NCBI GenBank assembly: GCA_951406725.2
Contig: OX597825.1
Span: forward strand, 51,274,001-51,338,000
Length of the DNA stretch: 64,000 nucleotides
Direction: 5' to 3'
Source of the DNA: Octopus vulgaris
Taxonomy: Eukaryota
Made by a program: the position numbers and the translations under genes. Below the pieces are notes generated by a model, which was not told the DNA's origin, did not search any database, and saw nothing but the letters and a program-made list of their open reading frames with translations. Positions 26,420 through 39,600 of the stretch are shown in pieces; the stretch's first letter is position 1; each line of letters opens with the position of its first letter.

Positions 26420-27091
26420 ATATATGCCTGTAGATATTTTCATATCTATCTATATGTGCGCGTGCGTGGTTGTGCGTGTAAATAAATATAGGCACACACA
26501 TGTGTATTTATATGCTTTTGCGCCTGTGTGTTTTCGTGTGTATCTACATGTACTGTAAAATTCGCTATTCCTTCAGTCATTTATCATCGCGTAGGTTGCT
26601 AGTCTTTGCTTAATATCTTTAAATTCAATTGTATATTTTAGCAGCGAATCAGAAGCCCACATGTTTACTGCAATTGTCATGCATCTGATGTCTTTTGACA
26701 GCAGTAACTAGTGAATGCATCATTTATATTCATTAACATTATGTCTATCGCACACACCACTGGGGGTGAATGTTTATAGACGAACAAAAGATAATGTTAA
26801 TAATGGGCTACATTTCGAATAGAATTTCAAAAACTAATGTAATTTAAACATGAATCCCCGCCGTATTCGTGAATAGATGAAGCAGTGGATCGTATGATTT
26901 TACAGACGTTTGGCTGTGTTCGTGGTGAAACACTTTAATTCTAAATTGATAACATCCACATTAGTCTCATATAATTGGCAAGCAGAGGTAGAGTTTATGA
27001 TGCTAAAACAGTGTGAGACACGTATATGTCATGACAAATAATTCCTTCAGTTAACAATACTCCCATACACTCACAATATTTATATATGTTG

Positions 27092-27167
<76 letters not shown>

Positions 27168-27639
27168 CATCATTATTGTTGTTTTTGTTGTTATTATCTA
27201 TTAATATCATCATCGTTGTCGTCGTCGTCGTCATCATAATTATCACAACTAATATTAGTATTAAAGTATTACATTGGAGCAAAGTTACGCGACTTGGTCG
27301 TGTTTCGCTTCTTCGTCATTCTGTTTGCATCGAATGGATCTAGTTCTTAACAAAATCCCGAGCTGAAACCGTCTGAAATCTTTAGTCTGGTCACAAAAAA
27401 TGAAAAAAAAAACATATTTTATATCCTTGGTTCATACTAATATACAAGAATGTGTACATGTGTTTTTATGTGTACATATGTACGCATACAAGCGATTGTG
27501 TGTGTGTCTGTGTGCCTGTATGTATATACATAAACATACATACGTACATACACACATACACACGTACATACATACATACATACATACATACATACATACA
27601 TGCATACATACGTACATACATACATATATACGTACATAT

Positions 27640-28020
27640 ATTCCTGGATTCTTCTGTTGCGAGTTTCAAGCTTTGAGACAATTGTGCAGATTCTTCTTGC
27701 TAGATTAAATGGAATATTATTCTTCGTGTCTTTCGGATGGCATGAGGAGAACAGTAGGTATTGTTTAGTATATGTTTGTTTGTAATAACTGTCTGTTTCA
27801 ATGTTTTTATCTCTTTTGGTGATTGGTATGTCCAGGAATGTTGTAGTTTTACTGCATTTCATGGTGAAGTTGATAAGACTTTTGAAATCGGTAAATTATT
27901 TTATTGTGTGGGTCCACAGTATTAGGCAGTCAACTAGGTAACGTTTCCAGTTTTCTAGTAGAGATTTAGATTGTTCATATATCTGGAACTCTATATATGA
28001 CATAACTAGGCTGGCGCAAC
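27640..28020 (-). mobile_element. PLE RT/thumb fragment
   Basis: TFLDI...ETDSYYKQTYTKQYLLFSSCHPKDTKNNIPFNLARRICTIVS. Confidence 0.8.
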
Positions 28021-28435
28021 TTTTGACTTCAATAGCAATATTTACAAACAGGTATCTAAAAATGCGACGGGGAGAAAAGTTGCTCCGACTCCAGGAATCA
28101 AAACAATACTACTTAAAAACAATATCCATTAATGTTGATATATACCGGAATAGAGCGTGCCAAAGCAATAGATATCCACGTACTGCTAAAAAGTAAAACG
28201 CTCCAAGTACGTCCAATACACTACCTTTATTATAACACACAACCTAAGAAACAATGTTTTACAATATTATCCACCAGAACAGCTCAGTACAAAGACATGA
28301 CCCAAGAATAAAACAAGCATACGAAATACACAAAATAATCAAGAGTAAAAGACAATCAAAGTCTCTCAAATTCCTCACCAGCACTAAATTACCTTCCACT
28401 ATTCCCACACCAAATGTCAAAAAGTGTGGCTTTTT
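28021..28435 (+). mobile_element. PLE RT-endonuclease linker fragment
   Basis: Degenerate frame TLPFIITHNL...KIIKSKRQSKSLK...NVKKCG, typical of the PLE linker. Confidence 0.65.
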
Positions 28436-28437
28436 AT

Positions 28438-28499
<62 letters not shown>

Positions 28500-28573
28500 T
28501 AATGAAATGCTGAAAGCAGCGGAAAGGAAGCGTGTTAAGGTGTTTTTTAGGCGGTGGTGGAATATATATATAT

Positions 28574-29113
28574 ATCGTGTCATGTCTTCGTTATGCAGTG
28601 CAAAGAAGAGTTCCAGACAGGGGGAAGTAATAAGGGATTTCTTCCGGTATAAGGGAGATAAAAGATTTATATTTCTTTTCCCTTTTTTTTTTTTTAATGA
28701 GATGAGTTTCTCTGTATAAGAATGTTAGGATGGTTAAGTTCAGGTTTATATTTTTCAATGAAGAATGTTTCCTTGTTTAATCTAATTTGCGTTGGTGTTC
28801 AAAAGCACATTGATAGAATGGAAAGATTAAAAATCGTGGTAGTAGTTGCTTTGCGCATTTCTCAATATGCTCACTAAAGGGTATCATTCTCTATTCTGGG
28901 AATGCAATCTTTTGTCGATGCAGAGTGCATCTGCGTCTGAGTGATAATCCCGTGGACCCTACGAAGTTTTGGGGACAGCCCGAGCATCTTATGACATAAA
29001 TTATGTTTTCAGAATTACAAGTAAAATTAGATCTGATCTTGAATTTTCGTCCCTCTTTGAAAAGGAATTCTGATCCTTCTAAAAGGTTCGGCCATGTTAC
29101 GCAGTTTGGTCTA
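28574..29113 (-). mobile_element. PLE GIY-YIG fragment with partial pseudo-LTR
   Basis: Minus-strand RPNCVTW...FTCNSENIIYVIRCSGCPQNFVGSTGLSLRRRCTLH; 28574-28697 is an inverted copy of 29132-29250. Confidence 0.8.
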
Positions 29114-29131
29114 CTAAAATTAGAAAAACAA

Positions 29132-29460
29132 ATTAAAAAAAGGGAAAAGAAATATAAAACGATTATCTCCCTTATATCGGAATAAATCCCTTATTACCTC
29201 CCCCTGCCTGGGAAACTTCTTTGCACTTCATAACGAAGACATGACACGATGTAGGTAAAGACATTTGAGAAATTTGAAAAGTTTAGGCGAAACCGGTAAT
29301 TTCTCCTAAAACTATGTTACTATATACAAAATTTTATAAAAATTTTCTAACATAACGACTTAAATATATTCCTTAACATTATAAAACAAGCCTTCTGTAG
29401 TGTTTTCACTCTTTTCTATTTTTTATACATCCACCACGTGCTTTCACACACCAACTTTCT
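29132..29460 (+). mobile_element. PLE pseudo-LTR containing a degenerate hammerhead (29267-29305)
   Basis: Inverted relative to 28574-28697; gagaaat-ttgaaaa-gtttaggc-GAAA-ccgg-TA-atttctc. Confidence 0.65.
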
Positions 29461-29489
29461 CACTTTATATATATATATATATATATATA

Positions 29490-31237
29490 TCCACCACCGC
29501 CTAAAAAACACCTTAACACGCTTCCTTTCCGCTGCTTTCAGCATTTCATTAATCTTTCCCTGCTGATATTAAAAAAGCATACTCTTCTGTAGTCATGTTT
29601 CCTGTCTCAGTCGCTGCCCTCACCACTACCTTATCCCCAAAGGTTTCCACCTCAATTTCAATGCTACCTTCCATTCTGCCTCTGACATCTTTCCCATACT
29701 CCTCACCATTTCCTGCCGCCTTATGCGTGCTACCATTCGTTCTAATCTCTCCAAACTACGCACCCTCGACCGCCTTGTCCCTTTCGCCTTTTTCTTTTTT
29801 TGCTGCTGCTCCCGGTCCATTGCGCATCCCACCTTACGCGTTATCCTCAACATAAACCAACTTGTCCACGACTTTCTCGCTCGCACTAAACAACTTAAAA
29901 TCCACTCTCCCTATCATCTTGTCCCACCCGATGCAACTACACCCATCCACCCCATACACTAACCCCTCATTCTCACTTTCACCCTTCCATTACTCCAACC
30001 CTCCCACACACCACTTCTACCTTAACTTCTCCTCCTTTCACCCTACCTACAATAACCTCTCCATCTCATACACCCGATTCCTCTGTCTATACAGGCTCTG
30101 CAGTAACGGCCAAGACTTTCAGACTCAGTCTCAACTTATGACACACCATTCGTCCTAAGTAGATATCCCCTAAACATTAGCCACGCTACTCTTCTCCGGG
30201 CGCGATCTGTGAACCCTACCTCTGCTCTTTCGTTTTGCACCCACCTCCCATTTCCCCTCACCTACCTCTCCTCCAACCAACCCCTCCAACGCACCATTCT
30301 CCGAACCTTCCGGCGACTCTTGTACGAACCCCTCACCACGCACATCTTCTCTAACCTACCCCTTCCCTCCTTCAAATGAGCCCATAACCTACGTGACTTC
30401 TTGGTGTATAGATTCTTTCTTCCCAGCCTGGCTCCTACCCCTTCCCCCACCCACACTGTCGCACCTACACCTACCGCTCCAATAACAGCATCCTCACTGG
30501 CACACATCACCGTCCCTATCATATCAACGACTCCTTTACCTGCACCTCTAGTAATGTTAGTTACTGCACCTTGTGCTCTCTCTTCCTTCACTGTATATCG
30601 GTCAAATGGGACGCCGCGTGGAACACCGATTCGCGGAGGACCTCCGTGACATCCCACTCGGCAATGACGCCCCGGTCTCACGCCACTTCTGCTCTACCGG
30701 TCATTCACTACAACATCTGTCTACATTCGGACTGTCTCTACACAAGGGCTACCTGGACTCCCGTCTTCGCCGTGAACTAGAATTAATCTTCACTCTTCGT
30801 TCCTTTGCGTCGTATGGGCTCAAATCCCTACCTGTCTTCATTTGACACCAATCCCAGACATATTCCCACACACCTCCAGCATTCAACTGCCCCCTCCACC
30901 TACGCACCAGCATACCGCCTAACTCTGTACCCCACCACACACACACACCACTATACAAACATCCATACACACTTCAACACATTACCCACTTTACACACCA
31001 TTACACACACAGACACACACACACACGCAAACCCCTTCCTACTCTACATACACTAGCACCGACCACTTCTCAGCAACCACACCACACATCGTCATCTACA
31101 CATCCACATGCAATCGTCAATAGCGTCATTAAACATAATACTGTACGAGCAGCCACGGACACTGTTTAACTCAGAACACACCACACACAATCATGCACAT
31201 TCCTACACCCATACAAGAACATAATACTTGAACACAG

Positions 31238-31282
<45 letters not shown>

Positions 31283-31830
31283 TATATATATATGCAACAC
31301 GCATAAAAACACGCAATACGCTTAGATACAGATAACCTTCGCCCACAAACATACACTCTACACATACACACTATTTGGGCCCTCTCACACACATATACAC
31401 ATGTGCACACACTACTTCAACAAGCACACATCAACTGGTACGTACAACACACACTTATACACACGTTAGAGTCACTTGTCCCCATTTTCACATGCACAAT
31501 CACACACACATACACGTTTTTGCACCTTAGTTCTTTGGGGGTAACCATTACCGTTATTATTATTATCTCCCTTTCATTCAACCGCTTTCTTCCAGCTATC
31601 TCGCCATGTAGGACCACTGAAATCTTCACACGTTTTATATATCAGTTTTCTTCATTCTCTTCTTTTTCCCCCCTCTTAATTCTTTCTGTCAGAAAGCGTA
31701 GGTTCGAAACGTAAAATATGTTTCCATTTTGCCTAAGCGTTAAACTAGTACACCTGCTTGTTGTTTCTACACCTGTCTACGTCTTTCGTTTTCCGTAAAG
31801 TTAAACTAACAATTTGAATTTCCCATGCTT
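29490..31830 (+). mobile_element. Second PLE family copy: decayed RT/GIY-YIG, CA-rich 3' region, terminal hammerhead relic
   Basis: SLYIGQMGRRVEHRFAEDLRDI (GIY-YIG) in ORF 30573-30845; CA-rich tract; GAAACGTA motif at 31706. Confidence 0.75.
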
Positions 31831-32583
31831 GTCTGCCCACGTACTTTCTCATCCATTGTACATCACCTCTTGCGCATGACAACACGAGTATATGCGCACA
31901 TGCTTGTGCGTTAGTGCGCATATGCATATGCTCAGCGTATGCGTGCGCACGGATGAGTGTGCACAGGCTTACAAGTAGTGCGTCTGTGCCCATGTACGTA
32001 TGCATCCGTAGACATGCATGTGTATAGACGTGCACACTCCTGTACACGCATGAGTGTGCGCACGTACGCGTGTGCTCGTGTGCCTATGTACGTGGGGAGA
32101 AAGGTGTGCACGCGTGCATGTGTATGTGTGTGTGTCTGTGTGCGTGCCTGTGTGATGCATACACACAGATATATGGGCATATACATGTACATATATACAC
32201 ATACAACCCCAAATCCATCGCCCCTTCCTACTTCCCTCAACTACACAACCGACATGTTGTTCACCACGTGGTAGATTTCCTGTTCAGCACGTGGCTGATT
32301 TCCTGTTCACCATGTGGTATTTTCCATCTATCTGCTGTCGCTAAAATAATATAATACCGACATTAATACCGCGTTACATTTCTCGTCCAATCGCCAGAAA
32401 TAAACATTGACTCTATTCAATCGATCTTACATTCAGACCCCAATGGCCGAACACTAGCCCCGGGTTTGAAACAGAGAGTAACTAGGATTTGAATCCAACC
32501 TTTTTGATCTATACATGTAACTCCCAATAAATGTAGTGAGTGCGCTTCTTTCGTTTATCTACTCACTCGTGTATGTATGTATG

Positions 32584-32648
<65 letters not shown>

Positions 32649-33544
32649 TTAATTAATGATAGGAAAGCTTGGAGAGTGTTTGTGTACGGATGAGTGAATT
32701 GACGTTGCTGAAAGGGGTACGGAACCAGCATATGCTGTCGAGCCCCACTGCTGTTATCGGGAGTTGCCTTTTATACCTTGACTCGAACATACAACGGGTC
32801 TCGCCACTTAAGAGTTGTAGGCCTTGGTTATTTGCGAATAAAGGGTTCAAAGTTGGTCATATGTCGGTGTGTGTATATAAGAATTTTTTGCCTAATGTGA
32901 TTAAAAACCAAGGCTGTGTAGATATTAGAACATTTATAGATAGAATGTTTTACAGCTATTTCCAGGATATTTATTTATTATATCCCTTCATTGGAGACGG
33001 TGTGAGAAGATGGTTAAGTAATAATTAATTTAAATAGGATACAAAATAGAGAGTAATAATAAATCTCTGAATGAGATGCAAAGAGTAACCGCTCGACAAC
33101 GTAAAGTATACTAGCCATCTCAATATGGCTAACCCCTAAGGGTGGGTGTTACTGTAGCTTTTATCCCCAGGAGATCATCGTCTCCAGCTGGCTTTAGGAA
33201 CACTTTCTGTGCGCTTATGGTATTTGCAAAGGGAGGTCATCCCTCTCTCGTAAACCTAAGTGATACGCACGGACTGCAGTTTCTAGGTATTTGTCTGTCT
33301 TCGGTGTACGGCAATCACCGGTTTTCGATGAAGGGAGACCTGTTTGCAAATATTTATATATTGTTTTTCCAGTAACTTCTGTCACTGATAGATGTGAGAT
33401 ATGTAGGGATATTGAATTTGTAGATCCATGTTTTAGGCAGAATGGTATATATGTAAGATTCCAATACCTTACGAGAAAAATCCAACAGTATTTAAAATTG
33501 TTCATTCCAAGTATAGAGTTTATACACAATGTAAGATTCAATAC

Positions 33545-34230
33545 CTTGTGTCAATCTCAGCGACAAGTACAGTGAGTGAGCTGGGGATTAATATGGGCAG
33601 CGACACCTCGCTTCATGTACATATCACCAAGACGGTGGAAATGCGCACGCGAATGGTCGGATGGATACTGAGAATTTTCAGAACAAAGGGCCGGGAAACT
33701 ATGCTAGTCCTATGGAGGACACTTGTCCTCGGTCATCTGGGTTACTGCACTGAACTGTGTTCACTCGACAGTGTCAAATAAATAGTGGAACTTGAAGCAG
33801 TACGGTGACGCTACACGAAGAATATTGTATAAATGGAAGAGCTTATTTACTAAGAGAGACCTAAAGAGACACGACTCAACTACCTCTAGCGAAAATGGGA
33901 GAGATATGTGGTGATATATACATGAAAGATCGTAACGGTGTTGGCACCAACTTTGGCATCAAGAGGTATGCTAGCCCCCGAACAGAATGTCACTGCAATG
34001 TTCCAAAATTTTCCAGCCATCCCATCTAGAGTGAAGTCCATGTACTGCAATAACTTGGGATTCAAATGCCTCCACCTATTTAACATCTACGAGGTCTACA
34101 TGAACTAGGGATAGCTGTTTTAACGAAACAATTTGGTCTCCAGCTGTCCAAGGTCCTAGATGAACCTACACCAAGACAAGACACTCAAAAGGGAGCAGTA
34201 ATATCGAACACCCAGCTTTATTAAAAGTCA
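33545..34230 (+). mobile_element. CR1-type LINE 3' remnant
   Basis: VSELGINM...MVGWILRIF...LWRTLVLGHLGYC resembles the post-RT region of CR1-group ORF2. Confidence 0.7.
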
Positions 34231-37200
34231 ATCACAAAAAGAACAGGTAGTGAAAATTGTATAATACTCGGATTGCCCGAGAATGGACTTCGCCTTTGGT
34301 CTCAAATGCATAAAGAAAAAAACATAAAAAATATGTGTGTTAGTGTGTGTTTGTGTGTGTGCGCATCCGCACGCGCGCGAAAAAACACATATTTATGTAT
34401 ACGTAAGTACATGTAATCATATTTGCGTTTGTGTGTATATATGTTTATGTGTATATATTTTTGTATATGGTCATGTATGTGTATGAGCGCGTCGTGTAGA
34501 GAATTGCTTAAATTTAAATTTAAGCAGTGTGCACTGCAATACGAGTTCTCGATGGTGAACCTGCAGTATGTTTGCTTAAAGTCTCGTTTTCAATAGCTAT
34601 GACTCGACCTAGTTCAATGACAATTTGAAAACTAAAAATATATGGAAATTAGGCGGTTGAAAGGCAGCTTTATTTGAAAGGTCCAGCTACACCATATTCT
34701 GTCACATTGATTGTATTTGGATATTAATTTAAGAGTAAAATGTTTGTGAAATACTCAGCTAGTTACAGTTTAATTTCAACGTTTAGGTCATTCTATTGAT
34801 CAAACCATTGGAGCTGTTAAAATCACGAAGATACAGATCTGTCGTGTGAATATGTGTGTGTGCGCGCGTAGGTACATGTACCATTTGCAAAGTGCATCAT
34901 TCTTTTCCTTATTTGTTGACTGAATATCAACAGGATTGCAATAACCTCTGTCTGTGATAAATCCCCTGTCAATAAAATACGAGCCATATTGATATTATCA
35001 ATAAATGTCCACCAATCCTTTGGTCAGCATCGTTGATGTATTTTTGCTCCTGTCATCCATCTTACCATGCAAGACCCCAATGTAGCTACGCAAAGATTAT
35101 TTTTGTTAACACATTTACCTGGGATGTATTTTCACTCTAATTTTCATTGTTCCCCTTCTTTAATTATAATGACACGCTCTCAGCTGCCCTCTGCACCCTT
35201 ATAATCCATTCGACTGCGGCTCTGCTGGGTGATCGCTTTGAAGAGTCTTGTCGAACACAGTGATTACCGAAATTTATTATACCGTTTCTGCTGTCCTCAG
35301 TCCGTTATATCATTTACATTCTGCTAGACATACGACACAATGCTCCTTTACATTCTTGTAGATGCCAATTATAAATATTATTACTAGTATCACAAAATAT
35401 ACCAACCTACCAATATAGCTATGAGATCCCAACCAGTAATACCTATTTATAACAATTATTTGACTGGGGTTACCTAAATAGATTTAGATGAGGATATCTA
35501 TTCGTTACCCATTTAGTTCTATCATCGTAAGAAGTTCGTAACACTATCTAACAATGTTCTGCCAATGTGTAATATCTGCATCGACCTGGGTGGACATGAT
35601 GTCGTAAGTGGTGACAGAAACAATTCAATGACAATACCAATAAACGAACCTATAACATTTCGCTTAGCATCTCAATCAACAAAATCATAATCTGCTTAAC
35701 CAGTAGGGATGTAGTTAATGTATAATCCTGTATATATCTGTATAATATCTATAAAATTAACATTGACATTGTTAATTCCTACAGGCCGTGTGATATTCGT
35801 CTCATGTTTCTATCCAGGGATTGTTCTGTCAGCATTGCCTCCTTAGATAATTACTGAACACCCTAACACTGTGTGTTTCCGATCCGTATTATCTACTTCA
35901 CAATCATTTAGAAAATAAAGGGTGACAAGCTATTCCACATCTATAGTTAATGTCTAAACGGCAGTGCTTATCCAATCAACATTTTATAAACTGCTGAGAT
36001 TTTCAAACTGAAATTTAAAACTTTTGTTCATGAGGATCAAACAACTGGTTTGTTTTTGGAAGTAATATTTACAACCTGCTATGCCTGTACAATCAATATT
36101 TATAGACAAGCAAGTGCGCTCAGTCTGCTGCTATTCAATTAACAAATATAAACTGTTGTATCATTCTAGTCAACATATTATAAACTGTTTTATCTATCCA
36201 ATCGATATGGATAAACTGCGACTAACTAAGTTATATTCACGTGCGTTATATGATGTATTCATTGTCAAACTGATATGGTATATCTCACGGTTATGTGATA
36301 TACTGTATTTGGAATGTACGATACTTAGATATTTAGTGAATAGTCACAATGTCTCTGATGGTCGTCAGTATAAGTTCAGAGAATATTTCCATAATGTAAA
36401 ATTGTCTAACACAATATACTGGCTATATACGTGTGTGCCTTTGTGTGTGTGTGGGGGGGGGGTATACACACATGCACACATGTATATGACCAACAAATAC
36501 CAAGTGTCTGAAGTAATCGATAAAATACAGGCTGTGCAGAATTTAGAATACTGCGAACTGTATTTATAATAATCTACTGTGTGTCTAGTCAGGTTAGCAT
36601 CTCTCTACACACCATGTCTGTCAGCCTCTACTGCTGAGAGTGAGTGTGTATATATTTGAGAGTGCGTGAGAGAGGGAGAGAGAGACTCTAACTCTTACCG
36701 TAAACACTACTTATTCTTTGATTGCTTGCAAAATAAACGCAATCAACATCTTGAAAATATAGGTCATTGATTTCTACCTCTGCGCTCCTAAATACATTGG
36801 TAATTGATTACAAGTTAAAAGGTAAATATTTATTGGCGATTTTGCCTGAAACAAATTTTGAAAATTAGGGTTCCTGGCTTTCTGTGAAATAAAATAAATG
36901 AGTTCACAGCGTGATCAATTTGGTAGAAAATCATATCGCAAACACGTAGTGAGAATATAATCTATACTTGCCTGCGAAATAATAGTGATGTCTATTAACT
37001 AAAATTTTGTATCTAATACATTGAGAGTTCAAGGAAATCAGACGGAATATGCTCTGTAAAGAGGTGATGATAAATAGCCATTTGGATGATTTCTGGTTCT
37101 TACATATAGTTATCTATTGTGTTTCCTATTTCCAGCTGTTCCCATTGATTACATTAACAATGGTAAAGAAAGAATATTTCCTCCTATTTTATTGAAGCAA

Positions 37201-39284
37201 TTTTCTTCATTTGTCATCTTAAAATATTCGTAGCTAGAGGCCTAAACACTAATACTTTAACTAAATCAATGGATAAAGAAAAATTGGTTGCAATAGATTC
37301 TTAATTGATTCCCTACGATGGGAAAATGTTGTGAATGATTCAGATAAAATGAAAGTTCTTTACGTTGACCTCCACAGGAAGAACTTGGCACCATTTACGG
37401 ACATGATTCATAACATGCCATTGAAGATTTAAAATAAAAACGATTAAGTGGGATGAATATTTAACCCTTATGCTAATGTCAAGGTCATTAACCACTAACC
37501 TGGAATCGATTTAATAACAAACGGGAATATAAAGATTGTCATACGTATTTGTCACTGATGAATACCTTGTCCGCCAGATTGACTCTACGGTAGAAACAAC
37601 TAAACTGATTTCTTCATAAAGACAATGAAAGGGTGACAGTGAGGAAAAGGATAAAATACTGTGTTTCCTGACTTTGTTATGAATATTTACTGCCTAAGTG
37701 AATGAAATAATCTACGAATGGGAACTAAAAGTCTCGATGAGCGCACTCCACTGACACTTCATATTTACTTACCATATTAAGCAGCAGACAGTATTATTTC
37801 ATATACACGCCATGCTTTATTTACAGAAAAGTAAGTTCTGAATTGAATACCCTACTCCTTGTTTTATTTTTAAGGCAGTTTTATACGCTATTATACTGTA
37901 AATTTATTTTTTATATTCTCCCTTAAGAAGTATAGAATATAAGTACCAGTAATATACTGAAGGCTTTCAAGAAACTACAAGTGTCACATAAATCATTTCA
38001 AAATGGATCTAAATATGATTCATATATAGCGTTGTGTTGTGTTCCATTAATCAATGCGTAGGTTACTAATGAAACAAAATGTCGGTATGTTTCAGTTGCC
38101 GGTAGACAAATACTAGCATTTGGTTGATGAGTCTCTTGTATAGGGATGGCGTGCAGTCTCATTGCTACTGACGTTAACTGCCATAGTTTCACAGCAAGAT
38201 AGGAGCGCTATTTCCCGAGGAAGATTGGTTCGGAATGAAGAAAGCTACAACAGCTAAATGATGTTGTATTTAATGATAGGCCGTAACCGGAACCCTTCTG
38301 TAGACGAAGGCTAATCCAGTCCTTGTTGCTCGATGTAGGTGAAACGTACAGTCTGAGGTGTGAACTGCTCTTAAGATAGAAGGAAGGTCTCAAACAATAG
38401 CTTTGGTTACCATAAGAACTTGTAGCATCTTAAGCTCTTGCAGATTTTCATTGTGGCTAGGCGTATGATTGATTGATTGATTCTAGTTTCAGCTCATGAG
38501 CTGTGGCCATGCTGGGGCACCGCCATTTAATGCTTATCTTATGCTTATTTCAAGTCATCATCTTGTTTTTCGTTTCTTTAAGTATACACTCTCTGTTCCG
38601 AACAATAAATACTAAGAAAAAAAAATTTAGTCCGCAATATACATTAAATAAATATTTCGTTTAAATTACCTCATTATCTTTCTCACAACCCCCAGAGAAA
38701 ATGTCTTGCTATTGGAGCCACTGAAAGATATAAACTAAATATAAATACAATTGACAATATGTCATTGTATTTGTGTTTAAGTATCTTAATATGAGTATGC
38801 ATTATATGATAAGGATAAGTTACGAATGTCTATCAATCTCTCTATACAGAATGTTTCAGACTAAGCTTGGTTATTGTTTATATCTCCTTTTTTCAGGAAC
38901 AGCTCGATGTATATGGGAATATTGGACGACGTTGGAAAACAAGGATTGAAGATATAGCTGAGAACAATTTAGCTGACAGAGCGAACAGGAAGCCGTCTAA
39001 ATAATGGAAAACAGTTACCAGTAACAAATGTTGCAGCAGGTATCAGAATGCCGACATCTGACTACTACTCAATGGTCTGTGAACATTGTAAAGGCTGTAA
39101 GACGTGACAGGGACACCTGCAACGGAACTACGGAGCCGTGGGTTGCAGGAAGGACAACAGCAAGCGGTCTGACAGCGCCCGCACGCCGTAATTCATTACC
39201 AAATCTTTGAACATAGCAGTTTGAATTAAGTCCTAAACTCAATTCAGACGCAATGTAAAACTGCGAAAGAATATTGTAAATATA

Positions 39285-39600
39285 AAGCTACTGAAGATTA
39301 CTATGTATGGGGAAAATTTGAGAAACACACCAACCGCTCTGCCTGCAGTGGCAAGTCGGAGCTAGTGACCAAGTTAAAGGAAGTATTTGAAGATGTTCCC
39401 AAAGACGTAGTGATTAAGGCATGTATCACTTTCCCAAGCCATCATGAAGCCGTAGTGGAAGCTAAGGGCGGCTGCTTTGAGTAAAATGTTATTTCCGTGC
39501 CATAACCTAGATATAATTTTTTGATAATTCGAAAATACATATATTTTTGAAAGGGATATTGAATTATCTTTTTTATTTCATGCAAACTGTCAACGCTTTC
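39285..39600 (+). mobile_element. maT/mariner-like transposase C-terminal remnant
   Basis: DYYVWGKFEKHTN...VIKACITFPSHHEAVVEAKGGCFE* (ends 39484), homologous to the element at 62931-63817. Confidence 0.7.

Noticed and set aside
33070-33195. Hairpin-rich segment considered as an HDV-like or twister ribozyme
   Set aside because: Only a simple hairpin (tagccat/atggcta) is seen; the required pseudoknots could not be built
36081-36569. 162-aa ORF in unique sequence
   Set aside because: No recognisable domain, composition typical of AT-rich non-coding DNA, and it runs through a TG tract
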